A DNA stretch of 64,000 bases from Chrysemys picta bellii (Eukaryota), in NCBI RefSeq assembly GCF_011386835.1, contig NC_088794.1, positions 86,738,001 to 86,802,000 of the forward strand, given 5' to 3'. The position numbers and the translations under genes were made by a program. The notes beneath the pieces are model-generated. The model saw only the letters and a program-made list of their open reading frames with translations. It searched no databases and was not told the DNA's origin. This document shows positions 49,669 through 60,277 of this stretch, in pieces. Position 1 is the first letter of the stretch. Each line of letters begins with the position of its first letter.

Positions 49669-50104
49669 CAGATGTGGATTAGGGGTTTGTGGGGGTCTGG
49701 GCCAGAGCAAGTGGGGGCCCTTCCCCACCCCTTCTGCCTGCAGTCCCCCACCCCATCCTCCCTCTCTCCCAGTGCTCCTGCCGGGAAAATGGGTTGAGGT
49801 GTGGGGGCTTGCCCCACCCCCCCGCCTGGCACTCCTGTCTGGGAGCGGAGTCAGTGTATGGGGGCTTCCCTCATCCGCCTGGTGCTCCTGATGGGAAGAA
49901 GGGTAGGGTCACCGGGGCTTTTCCTGCTCCCCGGTAGGAGGACTGGGTGGGTGGACAGGGGCCAAGCCCCTGTGCCCCAACCCTGCTCTCCGGCAGGAGC
50001 ACCGGGAGGGTGGGCGGAGCGGGTGCACTCATTTTCTGGGGGCCCCCAATTGGCTGGGGCCCCTGGGCACAGGCCCCATTGGCCCAGTGGCTAATCCACC
50101 ACTG
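49669..50104. mobile_element. hAT MITE, 436 bp
   Basis: TIR CAGATGTGGATTAG / CTAATCCACCACTG. Perfect 8-bp TSD acttgctg at 49661-49668 and 50105-50112. Confidence 0.88.
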
Positions 50105-51989
50105 ACTTGCTGGTTTTATAAAGTATTGAACTTGCTCTTGTATTTTTTTTTTCAATTCCACTATATTTTTTTTATTGCACTACACACACATAAACATACA
50201 GTTCAGGGCGTATGTCTCCCTCAATATATATTCCAAATGAGTCAACGTATTTTTTCAATCAACTAGGTTAATCTTTGGGACTAAATATTATGACAATGAT
50301 TAATACTGCAGATAACACAAATAATACTTTTCACTTTTTAGGTGCCTTCCATCTGAGGATTCCAAATCACATTGCAAACATTAATGAATTAAGCCTCACA
50401 AGCTTTCTGTAAGGTAGTTGTTATTCCTATTTTACAGGTGTCACCAAGCAGTTAATGGATTTTCCTTAGGCTGGAGAGGGAGTCTGTGATAGGGCTGGCA
50501 GGCCATAGAAATGAAATCTCTTGACCAAGTCCTGAGTTTGAGTCAAAAGATAATCCTTCTCTTATTATTCATTATTACTGAAACCTTATATTTTATACTG
50601 GTTTTCATCCTGAATGCTACCAAATGATTTGTAGACTGCACATACAAGGATTGTATGTGCTAACCTACTAATAGAATGCAGGAACTCTAGGGTAGGGCAC
50701 GGCAGCCATTCTGCCTCAGCAACGATATGCATGTTTTTAAGGGGGAACGCAGTAAAGACTAACTTTGGCAACTGAACTGCAAGGAGAACTTAAGTCAATA
50801 CAATGTGATTATCCAAATGGATTTGAACAGGATATTTTCTAGCACGCTACTAGATCTTTTTTCATATTGCTTTTTCTGAACAGAAGATGCCAGTAATATG
50901 AAATTCTGCAGTGGCTTTGTGAAATGGACTAATGAGGACTAATTAGAGACCAACCAAATTATTTTTATTTGTGACCCATGTCTGGGCTCTGAATCCTGTT
51001 CCCAATCATTTAGGATTTTGACCAAATCTTGAACTTGATGGAGATTTCCATCAATTATGTTACCATACTGTTTTTTTATGAGAGTCAAATGATGACAAAT
51101 CACTTAGCCGATTGTGGAGTGAATCTAATTTCTTTTTAAACTCCAGAGAGCTGGATTCTAGGACAGTTAGTGGTTAACGTAATCTGAAGCATAATTCCTC
51201 TTTCTGTTTGCAGTTCTACTTTAATATTGTGTAATCAGTTAGAATCCAACCCTGCCTTGGTCCTTGAAGGCAACCTTTGGCTTTGCTTCCATTATTTGAA
51301 TAATTTCTTTGTGGGTGTTTCCAGAATTCCCTGAAGGTTGATCTGACAATTTCCTCATAAGCAGATTAATGTAAAGCTTTCTCCCCGCATGTTGTAATGA
51401 ATTTGAATACTTGTGAATGGGTTACTCTGCCATTAGGTTCCCTCCTTCTCAAGAAGGGAACACTCTTTAGAATTACAATGCAAGAATTTGCTACAGGTGG
51501 AGACAGCTACCTGCTAACTGGTTTGTACCATGATGATTATTTTATATGCATTTATAATTTGAAATTGCACCAGTGGCTTCACCTTCAGCAAACAATCTTT
51601 CAAACTCTGTACATCTCAGTCTCCCCCCATCAGAAGATGGAAATAATGCTTACCCACCTTTATAAAGCAATTTGAGATTAAAGAAGTATATTAATGCTAA
51701 GTAATAGTAATCACCATTTTAAAAGTACCTCAATTTTTCCTGTATATGTAGTTTGAGCTCTGCCTTTGGACCAGTCTCTACAAGGAAAGTGACTTTAGCT
51801 GGTCCCTGGACTTCTAACATTCTGAGCCTCTGGGCAGCTTCAAACCATCACGTGCTTGTACATACACAACCACAGCCAAGAAATTATGGGGATGAGGAAT
51901 TCTCTTATCTTCCATCCCTTGAAAACAAGCCAAGGGGGACAGCTGCCAGCACTCTAGATGCACAGCAGGGAGCAAAACCCCTGCACACC

Positions 51990-52480
51990 TCATACACCCA
52001 GAGGAGAACGGGCTGTGGGCGGGCCGCCGCTCACGGTGCGAGCCTCCCCAGAGAACTACAACTCCCAGCACGCCTCGCGCTTGGCTGAGCCATAGCGCTG
52101 CAGCTTATTGGTCGGTGGCTTAGGGTAACGGGCCAATCGCTGCCCTCGATGTTGCTCTGTGGCTCCACCTCTTGCTCGGGGAAGTGGGAGACTTTGAAAA
52201 AGTTGCCAGGTCAGGGCGCGGGGCCGTTGTGGCGGTTGGATGGCGGAGCCCGGAGGGAGGGGCTCGGCGGCTCCAGGGCAGGAGGAGGGGGCTGCAGCCA
52301 GCAGTCGCCGGGCGGGACATGGGCAACCTGGGATGGCGCGGGAAGGCAGCGGGGCGCCCTGCAGTGTGTGGGAGGGACATTCCCGCACTATCCCACGGGG
52401 GAAGTGGGGTCAGGGCAGAATGAGGGGCGCCCCCCCCAGCCCATTCTCCTGGGGGCGCTGGTGTGTGTATGTGGAGCGAC
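51990..52480 (+). promoter_or_regulatory. RAD51B: CpG-island promoter, probably of RAD51B, with two CCAAT boxes and a CHR-like element
   Basis: The only non-repeat CpG-dense stretch in the window, about 2.7 kb upstream of the first RAD51B coding exon. ATTGG at 52107-52111, CCAAT at 52133-52137, TTTGAA at 52193-52198. Possible non-coding exon-1 donor CAG|gtcagg at 52209/52210. Confidence 0.75.
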
Positions 52481-52651
52481 CAGGGCTGCCCAGGTGGCGG
52501 AGGGGAGGGGCAAGTGGGACAATTTGCCCCAAGTCCCTCAGGAGCCCCCACCAGAATATAGTATTCTATAGTATTGCAACTTTTCTTTTTAATGGAAGGG
52601 GCCCCTGAAATTGCTTTGCCCCGGGCCCCCTGAATCCTTTGGGCAGCCCTG
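52481..52651. mobile_element. hAT MITE, 171 bp, at the edge of the CpG island
   Basis: TIR CAGGGCTGCCCA / TGGGCAGCCCTG. Perfect TSD ggagcgac at 52473-52480 and 52652-52659. Confidence 0.92.
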
Positions 52652-52878
52652 GGAGCGACTTGCTCATTACCGCCTTCTGGGCCATGCAAGAAGTGGGGGG
52701 TAGGTAGGGAGGCCTCTCTCCCCTGGGGTCATTCACAAAGGAGAGGTAACAGCTGGATGATGATCCCCATAGATGCACTTGCAGAATCCGCGCCATAAAC
52801 CCTGTCTGCACTGGCAGCATTAGGACCTGTAATTCACTATCGGTGCAGCCCCGCTGGTGGAAACTGGGATTAAACTGA

Positions 52879-53137
52879 GGCTATGTACACATTACATCTT
52901 ACCTTGGTATGAGTTACCCTCCCCCCTGAGTGATGTAAATTACATGACCTAAGTGCTCGTGTGGATAGCGCTATGTCTGCAGGAGCGCTTCTCCCATGGA
53001 CATAGCTCCAGCTCCTCTCAGTGGCTGGAGTAAACAAGTCAGTGGGAGAACTCTCCTGTTGGCTTTAGAGTATCTGCTGTAACAGTACTACAGTGGCACA
53101 GCTGTGTCGCTTTAAGCGCTGTAGTGTAGCCATAGCC
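52879..53137. mobile_element. PIF/Harbinger-type MITE (related to 9957-10206)
   Basis: GGCTATGTACACATT / AGTGTAGCCATAGCC termini with tga/tca flanks. Shares agcgctatg...ttctcc...actctcctgttggc internals with the 9957 element. Confidence 0.75.
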
Positions 53138-53699
53138 TCAAGTGTTATTTTTGTACCATAGCATCATCTGAGTAGGGTTAAATAACGGGGTGGAAGTAAC
53201 ACTTGAGTCCTGTCTACAGGTTCTACTGTAGGAACTGCATCAGTGATGAATTATGGGTCCTGTAGATGAAGCCCTAATGTCGCAAGGCAAACATGGCAAT
53301 GAATTTTCAGGATCTCTTGGCTTTCTGGAACTCCCTATCAGTATTTTCCTTCCTCCTTGTTTCCCTGCTAAGCTGTTTCATTCTTTTTTTCTTCCAGGCT
53401 GCTTTGGAAGTAGCTCTTGTCCCTTTGCCTGGTGCCATATCGTGTGCCAAGGGTTATGGGTAGCATTTCTGTGTCTAATTGTTTTCTTCTCTTCCTGAAA
53501 CAAAGCAGAGTAACAGAAGATCTGATCAGACACCTGGGTTTTGCAATAGCAGTATGTGAGATACATGAGAGCCAGTTGCTACTCTAGAGCTATGAGCTGA
53601 GTGTGTGGATGTTATATTAAAACGAAAAATTATTTACTAATTTGATCCTTTTCATCACTGTCCTTTTAACATCCTGCAAATCCTATTCTACAATCAACC

Positions 53700-53995
53700 T
53701 TCACTTCTCAATCTCCAGGACACTTACTGCTTTCTTGGCAGGACACTGAACATGTAAAGATGTATATATCTCCTCTATGGCTGCAGGAGAAATTTAGCAC
53801 TTCAACAATAACATTTTGATGCAGCCAAATGACAAAGATATATGTTGTGAGCTCTGAGATTCTATAGTGATATACATAACAGTGAACTCCACTGATGATT
53901 TCTGCACTGCATGAGTATTCACACAACACTAACATAACCCTGTGGCTTGACCCACCAGGCACCAAGATCAGTGATACCTGAGAGACATTCAGAAG
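53700..53995 (-). pseudogene. Highly decayed hAT transposase fragment (CxxH region)
   Basis: Frame-hopping manual translation LVGQ...EYS...EIISGVH.YVYHYR/AHN.YLCHLAASKC/EVLNF/AAIEEIY resembles the hAT pattern GQGYDGA..MSG...GVQ..I......YVHC.AH.LNL. Recognised by eye only. Confidence 0.45.
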
Positions 53996-54276
53996 AGCCA
54001 GTCTCTTTGAAATCCTCGTTACGAACCCACAGGGAATATCCTCAGGATATTATGTGTGAAAGAACAAAATGATTGAATATATGTGTAGATAGGAAGACAA
54101 ATGTGTATAGATGCTTTATACGATCTGTTACATCTGCTTTTCAGTTGCCAGGCATACTGGTATCTTTTATGCCCTGGTTGAGAGATTAGAAGAACATGAA
54201 AAATGGTACAGTTGTAATATCCCAGCTAATTACTAGATTTAAAGGCTGGGCCATTGTTATCTTCAAGTCTGAGGTG

Positions 54277-54982
54277 CATAACACAGGTCATAGGACTTCC
54301 TTGAATTCCTTCTTCGAGTTCAATAGCTATGGCTGAACTAGACCATATCTTTTAGAAAAACAACTGATACGGATTTAAAAATTGCAAGCAATAAAGAATC
54401 CACCACAACCCCTGGAAAGATGTTCTAATGGTTAATTACCCTCACTGTTAAAAACATGCACCTTATTTCTAGCCTGAATTTGTCTAGTTTCAACTTTCAG
54501 CTATTGGATTGTGCTATACCTTTGCCTGCAAGATTGAAGAGCCTCTATTATCAAATTTCTGTTCCCCATTTAGGTACTTACAGACTTTGATCAAGTCACT
54601 CCTTAACTTTCTCTTAGATAAGTTAAATAGATCAAGTGCCTTAAATCTCTCACTGAGGTATGTTTTCTCATCCTTTAATCATTCTCGTGCCTCTTTTCTG
54701 ACCTCTCTAATTTCTCAGCAACCTTGAATTGTGGACACACTATTCCAGTAGCGGTTGCACCATTGCCAGATATTCTCTACTTCTACTTGATATTACCCTA
54801 CTTATACATCCAAGGATTGCATTAGTCCTTTTAGTCACAGTGTTGCAGTGGGAACTCATGTTCAGATGATTATCTGCTATGACCCCCAAAATCTCAGTCA
54901 CTGCTTCCCAGAATGGAGTCACTAATCATGTATGCATGACCTGCTTTCTTTGTTCCTAGGTGCATGGCCTTGCATTTGGCTA
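54277..54982 (-). mobile_element. Old CR1 LINE fragment in RAD51B intron 1
   Basis: gaatccaccacaacccctgg, ttaattaccctcactgttaaaaa, and minus-strand HLNMSSHCNTVTKRTNAILGCISR. Confidence 0.8.
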
Positions 54983-55199
54983 TTTATGGGTAATTGTTAT
55001 TTAACAGGAGTTGCTCTGTGACCACTTACACACTCCAATAGTACAAAGATTTGTAATGTGTGATATGTTCCCATTCTTTAGAGTAGAGTGTGTGTTTGTG
55101 TTTTTGTGCTGGTATTGTTTGTGTTGGTATTGCAAACAGCTTTTCTAGATTTGTTTTGCTGTACTATGATTGTTTTTTCTGTTCACCAGATGTGGGAAC

Positions 55200-55283
55200 A
55201 TGGCCACTAAGAAATTAAGAAGAGCAGGGTTATCTCAGGAACTTTGTGACAGGCTGAGTCGGCATCAGATCACTACCTGTCGG
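55200..55283 (+). CDS. RAD51B: RAD51 paralog B, first coding exon (codons 1-28)
   Basis: MATKKLRRAGLSQELCDRLSRHQITTCR versus human MGSKKLKRVGLSQELCDRLSRHQILTCQ. Acceptor ...gttcaccAG at 55188-55189, donor GTGAGA at 55284. 84 coding nt, phase 0. Not in the ORF track because it is spliced. Confidence 0.95.
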
Positions 55284-56105
55284 GTGAGACTTTCGCTTAA
55301 TAGATATAGAGATTTATTTTATGTTGGGTTATGAGTCTCTGACACATGAATGGCCTGCTGCCTTGTAAAGGTGTAGTCTTGAATGTGTGCAGAAATATAA
55401 CTTCCCAACAGGTTCATACTTTACATTTATATAGAGCCTTTCATCCCAAAGATCCTAAAGTAATGTAGAGATCACTTCTGTCACCAATGAAATTCAGCTG
55501 CCACTTGGGTGGAGCAAGACAACTGTTTAACCAAATACAGCAGCACAATACAACAGGAAGTGAAGATGGTCATATTAAACTGAAACTAGTAGTGGTGTTT
55601 TCTCATTCTCTTCTCACACCAGAATTGTTAATTTGGTGACTTTATCCAATACAGGGTGATTCAGGGCTAGATCCTGCAAATGTTTGTATGAATGGATCCT
55701 TAAGCAGAGCCAGGGTCTCTGTGCAGAGGCTGCAGTCCTCTGACATGAATCCAATTGTAGGATCTGGCCCTAAGTCTGATAATTAGAAAATGAGACATTG
55801 TTTGATGTGGTCTGTGATCATTTTTCAGTTAAGGACAGAGGCTTGTGAGAGAGGCAATATTGTTTCATCCCACCCCAATATGACAATTGAATATTTAATT
55901 TTTTCCGCTCTCCCCACTCCCACCCAGCCCTTTAAAATGTGAGGCAAAATTAATGCCTTGTATAATTCTATTGTCTTGAGTGGAATTGCACCATGGGGGA
56001 ATTTGGAATATGAACTGATTGTTTATAAATATATTAAATGAATGTAATCTCTTTTCCCCCCTTCAATCCCCAGATTGAACTCTGTTCCTTTTAATCATCT
56101 TTCAG

Positions 56106-56219
56106 GACTTTCTGTGTCTTTCACTCTTGGAGTTAATGAAAGTGACCGGGCAAAGTTATTGGAATGTACAGAAACTTCTTTGCAAAGTCAGCTTAGCTTG
56201 TGCTCCCAAAATGCAGACT
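56106..56219 (+). CDS. RAD51B: RAD51 paralog B, second coding exon (codons 29-66)
   Basis: DFLCLSLLELMKVTGQSYWNVQKLLCKVSLACAPKMQT. Bounded by ttcAG and GTAAGT. 114 nt, phase 0. Confidence 0.95.
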
Positions 56220-57196
56220 GTAAGTATCCTTGTGGTGATCCTGTTATGAAATCTGACTACAGTCACTTTTCTTTTTACCTATCAAGGTATAGTATAGTAT
56301 AGGTTTGTTGCAAATAAAATGAGATGGCGTGCCATCCAAGATGTAAACAGTGGAATTCCATTATAAGGATCAAGTCAGGCTATGCCTGTGTTCATTGCTA
56401 AATTCAGATCCAAAAGACAATGAATTTCTCAGTTCAGATGTGTATAAAAAGAAAATCTCTTTCTTGTCAGAATACAGTGAGTTCAGCTATGCGTTTTAGT
56501 GCTTAAGCAGGTTGCTCAGGTTATTACAATAGGATATAAGTAGCACTCCTATAAGTGACATATGTATGCTGAGAGCCACTCAAGAAGATGAGAAATTCTT
56601 TCCTACCTCTGAGAATATCAAAGAAATTGCTTCCAATCTGAGCCTTACAACTGAAAGTGCCATTGATTAGTGTAGGTGAAGGGTAGGAACATCAGTGCCC
56701 ATAGAAACTGTTTTTTAGAAAGTAATGTTAGTGCCAAAGAGCAGAGTGATCATTAAAGCTATATTCTGCTCATTTTGGAGAATTTCGTATTCTCTCATTC
56801 TAGGCAAATGGGAATGTGGAGTGGCATGAAAGTGATGCATCTAGTGTTAGAGTTGGTGGGAGTGGAGGGAGGGAGACAGGAGGTGTGGACTACACTGCTG
56901 TTGACTGGATTCTTGTGGCTACTCTAAGAGAATAAGTCTGAATTAGACTGTTGTTGTCCTCCCAACCATAAAGAAAAGATGCTAATGATAGTAGCCTGCT
57001 TGTGGCAGGAGGGGGAGATGGGGCAGAGAAAACTGGGTGTCAAGACAGTGCAGGTCCAGGTAACGTTCACTGCAGTTTAAGAGTTGGCCAAGGAGCTCTC
57101 CAGATAATCAATGTGAATTTTTAATAAATCTTGGGTAATAAATCTTGGGCAACTGGGGAAGTTCCAGAGGACTGGAAGAAATCCAATGTTGTGCCA

Positions 57197-57409
57197 AGCA
57201 ACAGAGGGTCCTGTGGCACCTTTAAGACTAACAGAAGTATTGGGAGCATAAGCTTTCGTGGGTAAGAACCTCACTTCTTCAGATGCAAGTAAAGAAGTGA
57301 GGTTCTTACCCACGAAAGCTTATGCTTCCAATACTTCTGCTAGTCTTAAAGGTGCCACAGGACCTTCTGTTGCTTTTTACAGATTCAGACTAACACGGCT
57401 ACCCCTCTG
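57197..57409. mobile_element. Penelope-like inverted insertion, family A1, nested in CR1
   Basis: 83-nt arms 57197-57279 and 57292-57374 (80/83 complementary), then the tail. 12-bp TSD aatgttgtgcca at 57185-57196 and 57410-57421. Confidence 0.93.
57246..57286 (-). ncRNA. Intact minimal type I hammerhead ribozyme motif (family A1)
   Basis: Minus strand GCAU CUGAAGA A GUG A GGU UCUU ACC CAC GAAA GCU U | AUGC. All core nucleotides are present, helices I and II are Watson-Crick, and helix III is the palindrome AGCU. Confidence 0.8.
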
Positions 57410-58010
57410 AATGTTGTGCCAGTATTCAAAAGTTAAATGGGCTGACCTGGCTGGCCTGACCTTGATCCTAGGAAAAAATAATGCAGTGGCTGATATTGGA
57501 CTCTATCAGCAAAGGAAGGAAATATAATTAATGCCAATCTGCATGTATTCTTGAAAAACAGGTCTTGTCAAATGAAAATGAAATAGTTGTTTATCAACCA
57601 CACTTGCAACCTTGTGAAAGGTAACTACTAATATAATGAACTTGGTGTCACATAAAATTCAGATTAAAAAAATAGCATTATGCAAAATCAACATAGCACA
57701 TATTAAATGGATTAAAACTGGCTGATAAATCTCAATGGATAACTGTTAACTAGGAATCATCAAGTGGTGAGGGTCTTTCTAGTGGGGTCCCATAGGGACT
57801 GGTTCTCAGACCATCCTTATTGAGTATTTTTATCAACAAGTCTGGGGTGTATTTTGTCAAACAGTGGTTCTGCAAAGGATTTGGTGTCATGGTGGATAAG
57901 CAACTGAACAGGAACTCAGTGTGATGCTGTGGCTAGCGTTATTCTTAAATGAAAAAACAAATATTGAGTGTGGGTAAGAAGGTGATAGTGGTCTCAACAT
58001 TGTTCCATAC

Positions 58011-58641
58011 CAGGGGTGGGCAAACTTTTTGGCCCAAGGGCCACATCTGGGTATGGAAACTGTATGGCGGGCCATGAATGCTCATGAAATTGGGGGTTGG
58101 GGTGCAGGATGGGGTGAGGGCTCTGGCTGGGGGTGTGGGCTCTGGGGTGGGACTGAGGGTTTCGGAGGGTTGGAGGGGGATCAGGACTGGGGCAGTGGGT
58201 TGGGGCATGGGAGGGGATCAGGGGTGCAGGCTCCAGGGGGTGCTTACCTCAAGCAGCTCCCAGAAGCAGCAGCATGTCCTCCCTCTGCCTCCTATGCGGA
58301 GGCACGGCCAGGCAGCTCTATGCACTGCCCTGTCTGCAGGCGCCGCCCCTGTAGTTCCCATTGGCTGTGGTTCCCGGCCAATGGAAGCTGCGGGGGCGGT
58401 GCTTTGGGGCAAGAGCAGCAGGCGGAGCCCCCTGATTGCCCCTATACGTAGGAGAAGGAGGGGGGACATGCTGCTGCTTCCAGGAGCCGCGCGGAGTGGG
58501 GCAAGCCCCTGACCCCACTCCCTGCCTGGAGTGCGAGAGCGGGGCAAGTCCCGGACCCCGCTCCCCAATGGGAGCTTGAGGCCGGATTAAAACGTCTGGA
58601 GGGCCGGATGCGGCCCCTGGGCTGTAGTTTGCCTGCCCCTG
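58011..58641. mobile_element. hAT MITE, 631 bp (same family as 23656-24446, opposite orientation)
   Basis: TIR CAGGGGTGGGCAAACT / AGTTTGCCTGCCCCTG. TSD ttccatac/ttctatac. Confidence 0.92.
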
Positions 58642-60120
58642 TTCTATACAGATGTACTACTAGAGTTCTGTGTCCAAAGATATTGAAAAATTGGAGAGGA
58701 TTTAGAAAAGAGTAACAAAAATGGTTTGAGGTCTGGAAAATTCCACTCAGAATGGGAAATTTAAGGAGCTGAATCTATTGAGTTCATCAAAGGAAAGTTA
58801 AGAGGTGATTTTATTGTGGCCAAGAAGCACCTATAAAGAGAGAAGATATCTGATATTAGAAAACTCTAATTGAGCTTGCAAAAGCATAACAAGATCCAGT
58901 GGCTGGAGTTTAAGTCAGAAAAATTCAAAGGGTAAATAAGATGGAAAATTTTTAACATTGAACAGACTAAGGGATGTGGTAAATTCTTTTCACTTGGAGT
59001 TTTTAAATCAAGACCGAATGTCTTTCTAAAAGATATGTTAGCAAAACCACAATTTCTTAGATTCAGTACAGGAATTATTGGATGAAATTCTATGGCCTAT
59101 GTTATGCAGGAAGTCAGATTAGATTATCATAATGATCCCTTTTTACATTAAAATCTATATGAGGCAGATCCACAGCTAGTGTAAAATGTCATAGTTTAAA
59201 AAAAAGACTAATTTTGTACTTATGATAAAATGTGTTCAAATCCCTTATCACTCCGTGCATTCCTTTTTCCAGTTAATCTGAACCCAAATCTATCAGGATA
59301 TCGCTGGAGCCAGTTTTGCTTTGTGGTGTTTTGTGCCCTGAAAAGATCAAAAGAGATGTTTTTCATATACTTTGTACAGTTCCACTCTCTAGCACCTTTT
59401 GGCTGAGGATCTCCAAATTCTTTTCAAATATTAACTGGTTAAGCCTGCTGCCCAGTATTTGGGGAAATCGAGGCATAAAAAAGGGTGAGTGACTGGCCTC
59501 ATATCTTAAGTCAGCTGGAAGGAGAACCCAAATTTCCTGACTACCAGTCTGGTGCTGTACTCACTAGATCAGGCTCACAAAACCCAAAAGCTATGCTAGG
59601 CTTTGGTATTGACCCAGACTTGTTCAAACAGTTTACAAATCTTAATGAACCTTTCAATGAACTTGAATGGTTTTGAGATGCCAAGTTCAAAATCAGCCAA
59701 ATTCTTGGTTTTGGGTTTCACTGTGAATGTTTTGCACAGTTCTGCTGACCACAGAGTTAGTATTTCCTTGTTCATAAGTAGTAGTTAGGCAGATCAAAAG
59801 CAGCACGTGTTGGCCAGGGGGAAAAAAACCTTCACTTTTGAAAAGTTATTGTAAAGTGATTTTTATAATTTGACATTGTGATGTGGGAGAAAAGGTCAAA
59901 GCTAGACTGCAAAAACCTCAGTGTATACAATAAACTTCTTTAAATCTACTTAGTGGTGTCTGCATTTAAGTGTGGTGGAGGCTCAGGTGGAGAAAGAACA
60001 CAGGGAAGGATGAGAATATAGTTTAGGATTTGTACAGTAAACTTGTAGGCCAGGTATTAAATAATGCTAGATTGTTGGAGAGCAAATGTCAGAAATTTCT
60101 CTTGCCCTCTGAAAAAGTGG

Positions 60121-60139
60121 TTTTTTTTTTTTTTTTTTT
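60121..60139 (+). repeat. T19 tract in the polypyrimidine region before the third RAD51B coding exon
   Basis: Read directly. It ends 21 nt upstream of the exon start. Confidence 0.9.
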
Positions 60140-60160
60140 GGTTAATTTTTGCTGTTATAG

Positions 60161-60277
60161 GCTTATGAGATGAAAATGAAAAGGGCTATCAATCCATCCT
60201 CAGCCTTCTTCTCCACTACCCTAGATGGTTTGGATAAAGCCCTGCATGGTGGAGTGGCCTGTGGATCCCTCACAGAG
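60161..60277 (+). CDS. RAD51B: RAD51 paralog B, third coding exon (codons 67-105); the gene continues beyond the window
   Basis: AYEMKMKRAINPSSAFFSTTLDGLDKALHGGVACGSLTE versus human ...AFLSTTLSALDEALHGGVACGSLTE. Bounded by ttatAG and GTAAAA. 117 nt, phase 0. The Walker A exon (ITGPPGCGKT) was not found in the window. Confidence 0.96.

Larger units (their letters stand above)
57075..59160 (+). mobile_element. Old CR1 LINE in a RAD51B intron, interrupted by a Penelope element and a hAT MITE
   Basis: GEVPEDWKKSNVVPVFK is split by the Penelope insertion. agtggggtccc (GVPQG region). 3' end attatcataatgatccct...aaaatcta. Confidence 0.8.

Noticed and set aside
52056-52689. Overlapping ORFs of 110-189 aa at the CpG island
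   Set aside because: Explained by high GC content plus a MITE, with no recognisable domain. The real RAD51B start is at 55200.
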